A stretch of DNA of 32,000 nt. Origin: Acaryochloris marina MBIC11017 (GTDB taxonomy: Bacteria; Cyanobacteriota; Cyanobacteriia; Thermosynechococcales; Thermosynechococcaceae). Below are positions 1 to 9,472 of this stretch, one piece after another. The translations under genes were made by a program, and so were the position numbers. How positions within the stretch are numbered: the stretch's first letter is position 1; the number at the start of each line of letters is the position of its first letter. The notes beneath the pieces are model-generated. The model worked only from the letters and a program-made list of their open reading frames with translations. It was not told the DNA's origin and searched no databases. The stretch spans positions 2,970,001-3,002,000 of the forward strand of contig NC_009925.1 in NCBI RefSeq assembly GCF_000018105.1. Reading direction: 5' to 3'.

Positions 1-1
1 T

Positions 2-382
2 CAAGTGTTCTTTACCATCACTGATTCATCTGGAGAAGCCGAACTGGAGTTAGCGAAACATCTCAAACAAACGGATGCCAAAATGTTCGGCGCCTTTTGG
101 TGTCCCCATTGCGCGGATCAGAAAAAATTGTTTGGTGTCCAAGCCATTTCTGAAATGCCTTACGTCGAATGTGCACCAGAAGGCCCTAGTCCTCAAGTCG
201 ATTTATGTACGGAGGAATTAGGCAAAGCCAGCGAGAAGCTGCGACCTATCATTGGCCGAGATGCCGGTTTTCCAACTTGGAAGATTGGCGATAACTACTA
301 TTCGGGTCAGCAATCTTTAATCGATTTAGCAGAATATTCCGGTTATCAGGGTCCCAAAAACTTCAAGAATGTACTGCAATAA
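2..382 (+). CDS. Thioredoxin-like C-terminal domain of a VKOR-family (DsbB-analogue) protein, 5' partial
   Basis: The ORF is open to the left window edge. It has an FGAFWCPHC CxxC motif followed by YVEC...GFPTWKI, the pattern of the Trx-like domain fused to cyanobacterial vitamin K epoxide reductase homologues. Stop TAA at 380-382. Confidence 0.65.
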   Translation, partial: QVFFTITDSSGEAELELAKHLKQTDAKMFGAFWCPHCADQKKLFGVQAISEMPYVECAPEGPSPQVDLCTEELGKASEKLRPIIGRDAGFPTWKIGDNYYSGQQSLIDLAEYSGYQGPKNFKNVLQ

Positions 383-385
383 TTT

Positions 386-979
386 TTAGCGACTGCTGTA
401 GCGCTCTTCTGCCCAGGGCTCTCCCCGACGGTGATATCCGTTTGCTTCCCAAAACCCAAGCTGTTCGTGATCCAAAAATTCTAAACTGTTCAGCCACTTT
501 CCACTCTTCCAGGCATAGAGGTGGGGCACAACCAGACGTAGCGGCCCACCATGATCGGTGGGGAGTGTTTGTCCATCTAACGTATGGGCAAAGAAGCTTT
601 GCTCATGTAGGAAATCGTCGAGGGTGAGATTCGTCGTGTAGCCCCCATAACAATGCTGCATCACATGGGTAACACCTGGCTGCAGCTCGATAAGCTGCAT
701 AAACTCAGATACAGCAAAACCGGCCCAGCTTACATCTAGCTTGGACCAGTGAGTCACACAATGAAAATCAGCGGTGAAATTCGATTGAGGTAAGGCTAGG
801 ATATCGGACCAGGCAAAGGTTTGTTCCTTAACTAAGCCCCAAACCTTCAATTGCCAATCTTGGGGGGTAATGTGCGGCGTTTCACCATAGGTCAGAACTG
901 GAAACCGATTCGCTAGATGCTGCCCCGGAGGAACACGCTGCTTTTCGCTTATGTTGGGTTTGCGAAAATACTTACCCAC
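386..979 (-). CDS. Sulfite-oxidase-like molybdopterin-binding oxidoreductase (Oxidored_molyb domain only)
   Basis: 197-aa ORF. The segments FHCVTHWSKLD, GGYTTN and GGPLRLVVPHLYAWKSGKW are typical of the Moco-binding domain of the sulfite oxidase/YedY family. Convergent with the previous gene, with 3 nt between stops. Confidence 0.75.
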   Translation of the reverse strand: MGKYFRKPNISEKQRVPPGQHLANRFPVLTYGETPHITPQDWQLKVWGLVKEQTFAWSDILALPQSNFTADFHCVTHWSKLDVSWAGFAVSEFMQLIELQPGVTHVMQHCYGGYTTNLTLDDFLHEQSFFAHTLDGQTLPTDHGGPLRLVVPHLYAWKSGKWLNSLEFLDHEQLGFWEANGYHRRGEPWAEERYSSR

Positions 980-984
980 GTCCC

Positions 985-1164
985 TTACTCATCATCGTCT
1001 TCGTCGTCATCCTTAGTCGGATATTCAAAGCCTTTGGCTCGGCCTGTGAGAATAGATTTACCAGTAGACAGCGCTCTTTGAGCAGCTAAATTTGCTTTGC
1101 GGTTCCAATGGGCTCGACGAGAATCGCGCTTAGAATTGGATGTCTTTTTCTTTGGGACAGCCAT
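985..1164 (-). CDS. rpmF: 50S ribosomal protein L32
   Basis: Hand translation of the minus strand gives [59 protein letters not shown] (59 aa). It has the canonical L32 N-terminus [17 protein letters not shown]. It is not listed in the ORF track. ATG at 1164-1162, TAA at 987-985. Confidence 0.9.
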   Translation of the reverse strand: MAVPKKKTSNSKRDSRRAHWNRKANLAAQRALSTGKSILTGRAKGFEYPTKDDDEDDDE

Positions 1165-1399
1165 GGGTATCGATTAGGAAATAAAAATACAGCTTTGCCA
1201 TCTTAACATTGAACTCTTGAGCAAGCGCTAATCATACTAGGAGACATGGGACAGAGATCCTCTCAAGCAATCTCTAGGACCAAATTTAGTGCCTAGATGT
1301 CGATAACAACTTAATTTTTCACTGGATATCCTCTCACTACAACAAAAGGATGCTGCTCTCTTCCGATAAGATTGCTGAAATTTCTGAAGATGTACGCCG

Positions 1400-2387
1400 T
1401 TGAATCGCCACTCCTCCCAGCAGGCTCACGATTTTTTACATCAATCATCCCTAGGTCTAGCGATTGTCGGCATTGTGCTGATGACACCGTTTTCCATCAA
1501 TAATTTTCTACAAGGACGGCATTTACTGGGTGTAGGTGGACTGTTAATCAATGGAATTTTTGCCTTCAATACCTGGACCATCACGAAACGCAATTACTAT
1601 TCCGATACTCTCACCCTGCTAGTGCTGGTGCCTATCGTCATCTTCTTTCTCAATCTGACATTTATTCAGCAAGGGATAATCGGAATTTTTTGGTGTTATC
1701 CCTCTGTTATTGCCTGCTACTTTATGCTGCCAGAGCGGAAAGCGTGGATCGCCAATCTCACGCTACTGTCCATTACCTTCCCCATTGCCTGGCACATTAT
1801 TGAGCAAGCCTTAGCCATTCGGATGATCTCGACAGTAGTAATGGTGAGCATTTTTTCCGCGATTTTTGTTCGAGTGATCAATCGCCCAACAACAGAAACT
1901 CAAGCTTCAAGCCATCACAGATCCACTGACTGGGTTACTGAACCGAACGTCCCTCCATGAGACCCTTGAGCAAGCTATCGCCCAAAGTAAGCGGATGGGC
2001 ATTTCTATGACGCTTGCTTCCCTAGATATCGACCATTTTAAGGCCATTAATGATGCCTTTGGCCATGCTACTGGCGACCAAGTGCTGCGGGATATCAGCG
2101 GCTTGCTCAAAGAACGATTGCGCCGTGTCGATCAGGTCTTTAGAATTGGAGGCGAAGAATTTCTGTTGCTCTTTTATGGGTCAGATACCGAGAGTGGATA
2201 TCTGGTCGCGGAAGAACTACGCCATTTAATTGGAAGCCAACCATTTCTCCCGGATCATTCCGTAACGGTCAGCATTGGTGTAGCCACCCTACATCCTAAA
2301 GAAGACTGGACGACCTGGATGCAGCGAAGCGATGATTATCTCTATCGGGCCAAATCGGCAGGGCGCAATCAAGTGATGTGCAGGTAA
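1400..2387 (+). pseudogene. Membrane-anchored diguanylate cyclase (multi-TM N-domain + GGDEF), interrupted by a +1 frame change
   Basis: The frame-2 ORF 1400-1960 encodes about 5 TM helices. The GGDEF domain (DPLTGLLNR ... RxxD I-site RRVD ... GGEEF) is in frame 0, which is open from 1878. That frame has no ATG/GTG/TTG before 1995, so the domain's first conserved element ([11 protein letters not shown], 1914-1946) has no start codon of its own. Confidence 0.7.
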
Positions 2388-2413
2388 TCTCTTTTTCCAG
2401 GTATAACCAAAAT

Positions 2414-2968
2414 ATGAAACCGCTACGCCATCATCTAACCCGTATCTGTCTTGTTCTGGGACTGATTGTTTCCCTAGTTATGGCTGCCCCTGCAGCTTTT
2501 GCCATGGGGGGTGACCCACCGCCTCTGGATCAACCTGCACCCACATTCACATTGCCTAGCAATACAGGGGATGGTGAGGTGTCATTATCGGACTATCGAG
2601 GTCAGTGGGTGGTTTTATACTTCTACCCCCAAGACTTTACGCCGGGATGTACTGTCGAAGCCCAACGGTTCCAGCAGGACCTACCGAAATATATCGAGCG
2701 CAACACCCAAGTCATTGGCGTTAGCGTTGACTCCGTAGATAGCCACGCTGAATTTTGTGATTCTGAAGGGCTGAAATTTCCCTTGTTAGCCGATGAAGAT
2801 GGCAGTGTGAGTAAAGCCTATGGCTCTTGGATGAGCTACTTTTCCCTACGGCACACTTATTTGATCGATCCAGAGGGAATTCTGCGAGAACAGTACGTCA
2901 AGGTGCGTCCTGTGATCCATAGCGAAGAAGTGTTAGCCCGCTTAGACGAACTCCAAGCCGCGAGTTGA
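2414..2968 (+). CDS. Exported PrxQ/BCP-type peroxiredoxin (thiol peroxidase)
   Basis: FYPQDFTPGCT peroxidatic Cys motif and AhpC/TSA fold pattern. The N-terminal signal-like segment is MKPLRHHLTRICLVLGLIVSLVMAAPAAFA. I prefer ATG 2414 over the upstream track start at 2378, which overlaps the preceding gene. Confidence 0.85.
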   Translation: MKPLRHHLTRICLVLGLIVSLVMAAPAAFAMGGDPPPLDQPAPTFTLPSNTGDGEVSLSDYRGQWVVLYFYPQDFTPGCTVEAQRFQQDLPKYIERNTQVIGVSVDSVDSHAEFCDSEGLKFPLLADEDGSVSKAYGSWMSYFSLRHTYLIDPEGILREQYVKVRPVIHSEEVLARLDELQAAS

Positions 2969-2986
2969 ACAGAATCCTGATTTGCC

Positions 2987-3021
2987 AAAAAAAAACGCCC
3001 CCGAAAGGGGGCATATTTGTT
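2987..3021. terminator. Bidirectional Rho-independent terminator between convergent PrxQ and petH
   Basis: Hairpin GCCCCC-GAAA-GGGGGC at 2997-3012. It is flanked by A9 (2987-2995) upstream and ATATTTGTT downstream. Read on the minus strand, the hairpin is followed by a T9 tract. Confidence 0.8.
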
Positions 3022-3156
3022 GGAATGCACGTATTGGGTTGATGACGACCCAACGCGCTAATGAGGTTTAAAGGGTTTGCTTATCTCTGGAATTAAAGAT
3101 ATCAGTCAAAAGTGAAGATATCGCGAATGCCAAAGAAATGATTAATTGACCTAACT

Positions 3157-4119
<963 letters not shown>

Positions 4120-4193
4120 CTAGGGGTATTCGTTGGATCCCATTGTCACTATCGGTACAATTTCCAAGAGTCTTTAGATTTATCAGATAGCTG

Positions 4194-5030
4194 TTACAGG
4201 AATTTAGGTCGTTCCGTCTGAGTTTGACTCAGTAAGCGTTCCAAAGCCAGCCAGTCTGAACGTTCTATGACCTCTGTAAGCTGATCGAGACTTTGGCGGT
4301 ATTGGTGGAGAGATCGCAACAGTTCTTCCCGGTTGTACTGGGCCATCATGCAGCCTAGTTCCGGGTTGCCACCCCCCACGCGACTCGTATCTCGAAAGCC
4401 GGAGCTAGCAAAAGATTGAGCGAGTTTCAAAATCTCTGAATCCCCTTCACTCAAGCAAGCAGTAATTAACGCTGCACTGGTCATTTTAGGCAGGTGGGAA
4501 ATCCAAGCCACCGCCCGATCATGAACCGTAGGAGAGCATTCATAGAGATTGCAATCTAGCTGGCCGATCAGATCTCTCATCGTCTCGATCACATCGGCTG
4601 GTGTCTCAGGGGTGGGCGTCAAGATATAAGGATTGCCCGCAAAAAGCCGGGACTGAGCTGCATGGATGCCCGTTTCTTCACTGCCTGCCATCGGGTGACC
4701 GCCAATAAAGCGAGGCCATAAAGGGGTTAAGCGCTTCACCACTGTTCCTTTGACAGAGCCGACATCTGTGAGAATCGCATTTTGAGACAAATGAGGAATT
4801 AAACGGGTTGCGATCGCATCTATCACACTGACCGGGGTGCAGATAAACACAACATCTACGGGAGCCAGCGAAGCAAGATCGCTACTGGCCGCATCGACGG
4901 CTCCGAGCTTGACCGCATCCTCGCAGGTTTGGGGCTGGCGACTCACGCCTAGCACTTTATATCCCAAGGCCCGGAAATCATAGGCCAAGGAACCACCAAT
5001 TAAACCGAGGCCAACGATGCCAATGTTCAT
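4194..5030 (-). CDS. tyrA: Arogenate/prephenate dehydrogenase
   Basis: MNIGIVGLGLIGGSLA Rossmann motif, then HPMAGSE and the rest of the TyrA pattern. With start 5030 the product is 278 aa, the size of cyanobacterial arogenate dehydrogenases. ATG 5030-5028 overlaps the upstream gene's TGA (ATGA overlap). Confidence 0.88.
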   Translation of the reverse strand: MNIGIVGLGLIGGSLAYDFRALGYKVLGVSRQPQTCEDAVKLGAVDAASSDLASLAPVDVVFICTPVSVIDAIATRLIPHLSQNAILTDVGSVKGTVVKRLTPLWPRFIGGHPMAGSEETGIHAAQSRLFAGNPYILTPTPETPADVIETMRDLIGQLDCNLYECSPTVHDRAVAWISHLPKMTSAALITACLSEGDSEILKLAQSFASSGFRDTSRVGGGNPELGCMMAQYNREELLRSLHQYRQSLDQLTEVIERSDWLALERLLSQTQTERPKFL

Positions 5031-5314
5031 CCTGCCAAACTCATAAACTCTATGCGGGGAATCAGAGGATCTTTTACCATACCGATGCCTTGAAATTGCC
5101 AACGGTCCATAATTCCTCGTAGTTGGCTTTTACCAATGGACTCGACACTAAACTTAGAGGCGGCGGCTTGAGCATGGGTATTGAGATAGCTGAGGGCATC
5201 ATAATGCTCAGGGAACAGCAGCAAATAGCGCTGAGGGGCTTCAGGATTAGGCTGAGCAGCCAGGTAATTACCATCGGCCCGAGAGCGAAGCGTGTAGTAG
5301 AGGGCAGTGTTCAT
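5027..5314 (-). CDS. Small conserved hypothetical protein (95 aa)
   Basis: Clean ORF packed tightly between the permease (4-nt gap) and tyrA (4-nt overlap) on the same strand. No motif recognised with certainty. Confidence 0.55.
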   Translation of the reverse strand: MNTALYYTLRSRADGNYLAAQPNPEAPQRYLLLFPEHYDALSYLNTHAQAAASKFSVESIGKSQLRGIMDRWQFQGIGMVKDPLIPRIEFMSLAG

Positions 5315-5318
5315 CGGC

Positions 5319-7196
5319 CTAATTCAAGTTACTGAGCTTAATGCGCGGATCGACGACGGCTAAGAGAATATCCGCCAGCAAATTGCCGACAATCAACATC
5401 ACTGCCCCCATCATCAACCCTGCCATCACCAAGTACAGGTCTTGGGCTTGGACGGCCTTGAGCAAGAGTTGCCCCAATCCGGGCCAGTTGAAAAAGAATT
5501 CAGCGATAAAGGCCCCCCCTAATAAACTGGAAAATTCAAACCCCAACAGAGTAATCAGGGGATTAACGGCATTGCGAAGGGCATGGGTATAGATCACCTT
5601 ATTTTCCGGTAAGCCTTTGGCACGGGCCGTCTGAATATAGTTTTGCCGCAGGACATCCAGCATATTGCCACGAGTAATCCGCTGGAGGCCCGCAAACCCC
5701 GTGACGCTGAGGGCTAAAGTCGGCAGAATCATATGCCAACCCACATCCAAAATTTTGCCGAACCAGTTGAGATCAGCATGATCGATGCTGGTCATATCAC
5801 CTACGGGAAATAGAGGCGTACTCTGGGCCAAAAATAGCAGCAGTAGAGCGGTGATAAAGCTGGGAAATCCCTGGCCGATATAACTGAAGATACGGAGAAT
5901 GCGATCGCTCCACTGATTCTGATTCACCGCCCCGACAATACCCAGAGGAATGGCAATACTCCAGTTAATCACTAGAGAGGCAATGGCCAACAGCAGGGTA
6001 TTGGGAATCCGCTCCCAAATTAAAGCGGTAACGGGGCGCTGATAGCTAAAGCTTTCGCCAAAATCTCCTTGATAAATCTGCCCCCAGTGGCCTTTCCAAA
6101 TCTGAGATAAATCAAAGGTAAAAATATTTTTGAGCCAGAGGCCATACTGCTTAATTAAAGACCGATCCTTTTGCCATACCTGCACAGACTGATCGGCATT
6201 GATCAGGACCAATCGTTCTCCATTATCAGCAAACTGTAGCCTTTCTAGAGGGCCTTGCTTACCCTCGAAATTGCCCAAAGGCTGATTGTCTTTTTGGGAC
6301 CACAGGCGCACCGTTTTGCCAACGCTGGTGGCAAAGGTGGTTCGATCTGGACTAAAGGCAGCCGCAGTAATCGGTTGAGAATGGAGTTGATTTAAATCCT
6401 CCGTTTTCAGAGATTTACCCTCTAAATTCCATTGCTGCCAGGTCTGGTGATTGGCAATAGTATTGAGCACCAGCTCTTCTGAATTTTGATTAAATTGGAG
6501 GGCCGTAATCGCCCCTTTATGGGTCAAGGTTTGCTGGAGGGTGCCAGAAGTTTTCCACAGGCGCACCGTTTTATCCCCACCGCCAGATGCTAAAAGACTA
6601 CCGTCTGGACTATAGGCGAGCAAAGAGATTGAGCCTGTATGCCCTGTCAAAGTCTGAAGGAGACCTCCTTCAGTTTTCCACAGGCGCACCGTTCGATCTT
6701 CACTCCCAGAGGCCAAGGTTTTCCCATCACTACTAAAGGCTAAACTCGTCACTGCTCCTTGATGGCCTTCTAGGGTTTTCACCAGGGTGCCATCAGCTTT
6801 CCAAAGCTTAATGGTTTGATCCGCACTGCCGGAAGCGATCAGCTCGCCATCGGCGCTAAACGCGAGAGCAGTAATCGCCCCTTGATGGCCTTCCAGGGTC
6901 TTGAGGACGGTACCCTGGTCATCCCAAAGGGCAACGGTATTCGCCTCCCCGGTTAGAATCTGGCTGCCATCGGGCTTGATGGCTACGGCGGTAATGTCTT
7001 TGGCTGTAAATGTGGTTACGGCACTGCGATCGCCCCAGGTATTGCCCAACCCAAATTCTTGGCGCAGCTCTTCTAGGCGCTCTTGAGACATTTGGGGATT
7101 ATTTTTGAACTGATCGAGGTAGTCGCCGGGGGCTAAATCGACGATATAAAAGGTCAATAGCGATGCCAAAAATAGGGTGATCAGACCTTGAAACAC
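5319..7196 (-). CDS. Opp/Dpp-type ABC transporter permease with a 7-blade WD40 beta-propeller inserted in the first periplasmic loop
   Basis: The N-terminus (TM1 + APGDYL ... LRQEFGL) and C-terminal half (QYGLWLKN ... IPNTLLLAIASL ... YIQTARAKGL ... PLITLLG) match OppB/DppB. Between them (about aa 55-345) lie 7 WD repeats, for example GHQGAITALAFSADGELIASGSADQTIKLWK. Confidence 0.85.
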   Translation of the reverse strand: MFQGLITLFLASLLTFYIVDLAPGDYLDQFKNNPQMSQERLEELRQEFGLGNTWGDRSAVTTFTAKDITAVAIKPDGSQILTGEANTVALWDDQGTVLKTLEGHQGAITALAFSADGELIASGSADQTIKLWKADGTLVKTLEGHQGAVTSLAFSSDGKTLASGSEDRTVRLWKTEGGLLQTLTGHTGSISLLAYSPDGSLLASGGGDKTVRLWKTSGTLQQTLTHKGAITALQFNQNSEELVLNTIANHQTWQQWNLEGKSLKTEDLNQLHSQPITAAAFSPDRTTFATSVGKTVRLWSQKDNQPLGNFEGKQGPLERLQFADNGERLVLINADQSVQVWQKDRSLIKQYGLWLKNIFTFDLSQIWKGHWGQIYQGDFGESFSYQRPVTALIWERIPNTLLLAIASLVINWSIAIPLGIVGAVNQNQWSDRILRIFSYIGQGFPSFITALLLLFLAQSTPLFPVGDMTSIDHADLNWFGKILDVGWHMILPTLALSVTGFAGLQRITRGNMLDVLRQNYIQTARAKGLPENKVIYTHALRNAVNPLITLLGFEFSSLLGGAFIAEFFFNWPGLGQLLLKAVQAQDLYLVMAGLMMGAVMLIVGNLLADILLAVVDPRIKLSNLN

Positions 7197-7234
7197 CCGC
7201 TTAATGGTGTACCCGATAAGCTCGCTACCGATAA

Positions 7235-7747
7235 CTAATACTCCACCAACGCATTAATGTGACAGTCGGGCAATTTTTGCCGCCCGGCTAAGCCTGTCAG
7301 CTCGATGATAAACCCAAAGCCGACGAGTGTGCAGTTTAGGGGAGCAAGGAGTTGGGCCGTCGCTGCAGCTGTGCCACCCGTTGCCAGAAGGTCATCCACA
7401 ACCAGCACCCGACTACCTGCAGGACAGGCATCTTGGTGAATTTCGAGGCGATCCGTGCCGTACTCCAGCTCATATTCTTGGGCATGGATGGCCGCAGGCA
7501 GTTTGCCAGGTTTGCGCACAGGCACAAAGCCAGCTCCCAACTGATAGGCCAACGGCGCTCCAAAGATAAAGCCTCGGGACTCAATTCCCACCACATAATC
7601 GATGGATTGCTCCCGATAATCCTCCGTGAACTGATCGATCACGTAGCGAAGACCATCAGGATTTTGCAACAAGGTCGTAATGTCCCGAAACAAAATGCCA
7701 GGCTTGGGAAAATCGGGAATATCGCGAATCAGTGATTTGAGATCCAT
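7235..7747 (-). CDS. apt: Adenine phosphoribosyltransferase
   Basis: [25 protein letters not shown]-terminus and the PRPP-binding motif [14 protein letters not shown]. Start taken at ATG 7747 (170 aa). The longer track ORF adds a non-homologous 44-aa leader. Confidence 0.92.
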   Translation of the reverse strand: MDLKSLIRDIPDFPKPGILFRDITTLLQNPDGLRYVIDQFTEDYREQSIDYVVGIESRGFIFGAPLAYQLGAGFVPVRKPGKLPAAIHAQEYELEYGTDRLEIHQDACPAGSRVLVVDDLLATGGTAAATAQLLAPLNCTLVGFGFIIELTGLAGRQKLPDCHINALVEY

Positions 7748-8034
7748 AGGGGTTGTGATTTTGCGCAAGGTGTACAGATGGGATGACCTTTTATCCTGAT
7801 GAAAGGACAGGGGACGGTACGTCAGAAATCGTACACTAATGTGGTTGACAATCTGGATAGCTCCCGCTGATTCCCCCAATACCCTGCCCCATCAGGCCAG
7901 GTTGGGTGTGAACTTTTAGAGCAACGCATCGTCGAGGGGTTTTTTCGGGCAGTCTAGATCTGGATGCCAATGCTAAGGTTTCTTCAGCCGTTGATTAAAA
8001 ATCTCTTCCGTATTCTTGTCGTAATGGAATCGTA

Positions 8035-8640
8035 ATGCAAGCCGATAGCCCCACTGAACAATTCACTTCCCCTATTCTGAAGGCGTTGCCAGACCCAGAT
8101 GTCCCTGCTCAGGTCTGTCCACGACGAACCCGGATTCAGCTCGATTTTGTGTTGCTGGCCATCGAAGCATTGGACCTCTATGCCTCGGAATTGATGTTGA
8201 TGAGCCTGGAAGAACTGCAGCTCCAAGATGTAATCGAAAATCGGGTGGACTTTTGGCAGTCGCGCAATACCAATCCCCTGCGTCGCTCTCATCAGCGCGA
8301 CTCCCTGAGCTTGGATAAAGCCAAAGCCTTGGTGGCCGTAGGATGTCACATCGCCCGTCGCCAAACCGCCCAGGTCCGACAGCTTTTAAATGTACAGCGA
8401 CAACTCGCCGAGAAACAGCTGACGCCCGATCACAGTGTGCCGTTAGCTAATTATTTAGAACGATTTCGTCGTCATTTCCGCAGTCGTATGAATCCCAATC
8501 GTACGGCTATTGCGGCTTACAAAGAAAATGAGCGCCTGGATGAGCTGGCGTTGAGTCTGTTGGAACAAGTGCTGTTTTGTACCGGAACAGCCGGAATGGA
8601 ACGATTTTGGTCTAGTCTGTTTGATGGAGAAGTGGCCTAA
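8035..8640 (+). CDS. Conserved cyanobacterial hypothetical protein (resembles the DUF3038 family)
   Basis: 201-aa ORF lying 5 nt upstream of the next gene on the same strand. The family assignment is from memory of cyanobacterial annotations and is unverified. Confidence 0.6.
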   Translation: MQADSPTEQFTSPILKALPDPDVPAQVCPRRTRIQLDFVLLAIEALDLYASELMLMSLEELQLQDVIENRVDFWQSRNTNPLRRSHQRDSLSLDKAKALVAVGCHIARRQTAQVRQLLNVQRQLAEKQLTPDHSVPLANYLERFRRHFRSRMNPNRTAIAAYKENERLDELALSLLEQVLFCTGTAGMERFWSSLFDGEVA

Positions 8641-8645
8641 CCCCA

Positions 8646-9425
8646 ATGACCATCCAACGCCCATTTATTCTGCCCAACTGTACCCTCAACCTCGAAGGCA
8701 TCAGTAACTCAATCACGGATGCCGCCCTCGGAGAATCCTTAGATGTGCTCCTTCGCCTAGAGTGCCAGTTTGGGGATTTAAAAAAACCCCTGATCGGCGG
8801 CCTGGATCTGCTCAATAGCCTGATTCAAGCCACGAATCAATGTACTCAGTCCTGGATGAGTGGTGTCCCCCATCGTCGCTTGGCAAAGCTGAACCAAGAT
8901 CAGTCTGCGGTTCACCTGTTGCCCAAGGAAGAAGATGGGTTTGAGCTGACCATTCCCCTGGAACTCCTCAACGAAGCCCCCAGCGATGCTGACGATCCGG
9001 TGCGAGTGGGCTTAACCACGATCCAGCTGTTTGATCTTGTGGAAGCCTTAGATCAACTCTTAGCCGATCAGCAAACCCTGCCCAATCTCTCCCTGGCCGT
9101 GCGGCCCTTGTCCCGTTCAGAAGCAGCTTCAGGCCAAGCCCTGCAGAAATCCACGTCTGCCGTATTGGGTGCAGCCAGTGTTGCGATCGCAGCCTCGATC
9201 TTCTACCTCCTGCCGGTTCCCAAAGCTAGCCCACCGCCGAAGGATCCCCCTAAAACCGCACCCACCAGCACGGAGAGCCCCGCACCAGGGACCGCACCTC
9301 CTGGCGTTCCACCCATCCAGGTCTCCCCCTCTCCAGAAGAATCCCCTGCCGCCTCTCCCAGTCCAGAGAACACGGAGGCATCGCCAAGTCCAGAGGCTTC
9401 GCCCGAACCAGAAGAATCTCCTTAA
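8646..9425 (+). CDS. Conserved cyanobacterial hypothetical protein (resembles DUF4335) with a TM segment and a Pro/Ser/Glu-rich tail
   Basis: 259-aa ORF. It has a hydrophobic segment AVLGAASVAIAASIFYLLPV followed by low-complexity PPPKDPPKTAPTS...SPSPEASPEPEESP. Confidence 0.6.
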   Translation: MTIQRPFILPNCTLNLEGISNSITDAALGESLDVLLRLECQFGDLKKPLIGGLDLLNSLIQATNQCTQSWMSGVPHRRLAKLNQDQSAVHLLPKEEDGFELTIPLELLNEAPSDADDPVRVGLTTIQLFDLVEALDQLLADQQTLPNLSLAVRPLSRSEAASGQALQKSTSAVLGAASVAIAASIFYLLPVPKASPPPKDPPKTAPTSTESPAPGTAPPGVPPIQVSPSPEESPAASPSPENTEASPSPEASPEPEESP

Positions 9426-9472
9426 CTTCTTTTCCTACCTATTAAAGCTGCACCTATAAATTCGCGAGCGTC

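Noticed and set aside
4194-5102. Longer N-terminal extension for tyrA (and likewise 7748-7879 for apt, 2378-2413 for PrxQ, 27250-27330 for the DUF4340-like gene, 30991-31047 for the nuclease)
   Set aside because: The extensions overlap upstream genes or add non-homologous leaders. The internal ATGs give proteins starting at the conserved family N-termini.
6300-6900. Recurrent DNA motif (ccacaggcgcaccgtt...) at roughly 120-bp spacing
   Set aside because: It is explained by WD40 repeat coding (the ...VRLW... blade ends) on the minus strand, not by a non-coding repeat family.
7984-8364. 126-aa minus-strand ORF overlapping the start of the DUF3038-like gene
   Set aside because: It is antisense to a longer plus-strand ORF that is tightly coupled to the next gene. 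It has no recognisable motifs and is probably a shadow ORF.
9169-9459. Pro/Arg-rich 96-aa alternative-frame ORF at the 3' end of the DUF4335-like gene
   Set aside because: It is a frame-shifted reading of the low-complexity P/S/E tail. There is no independent start context.
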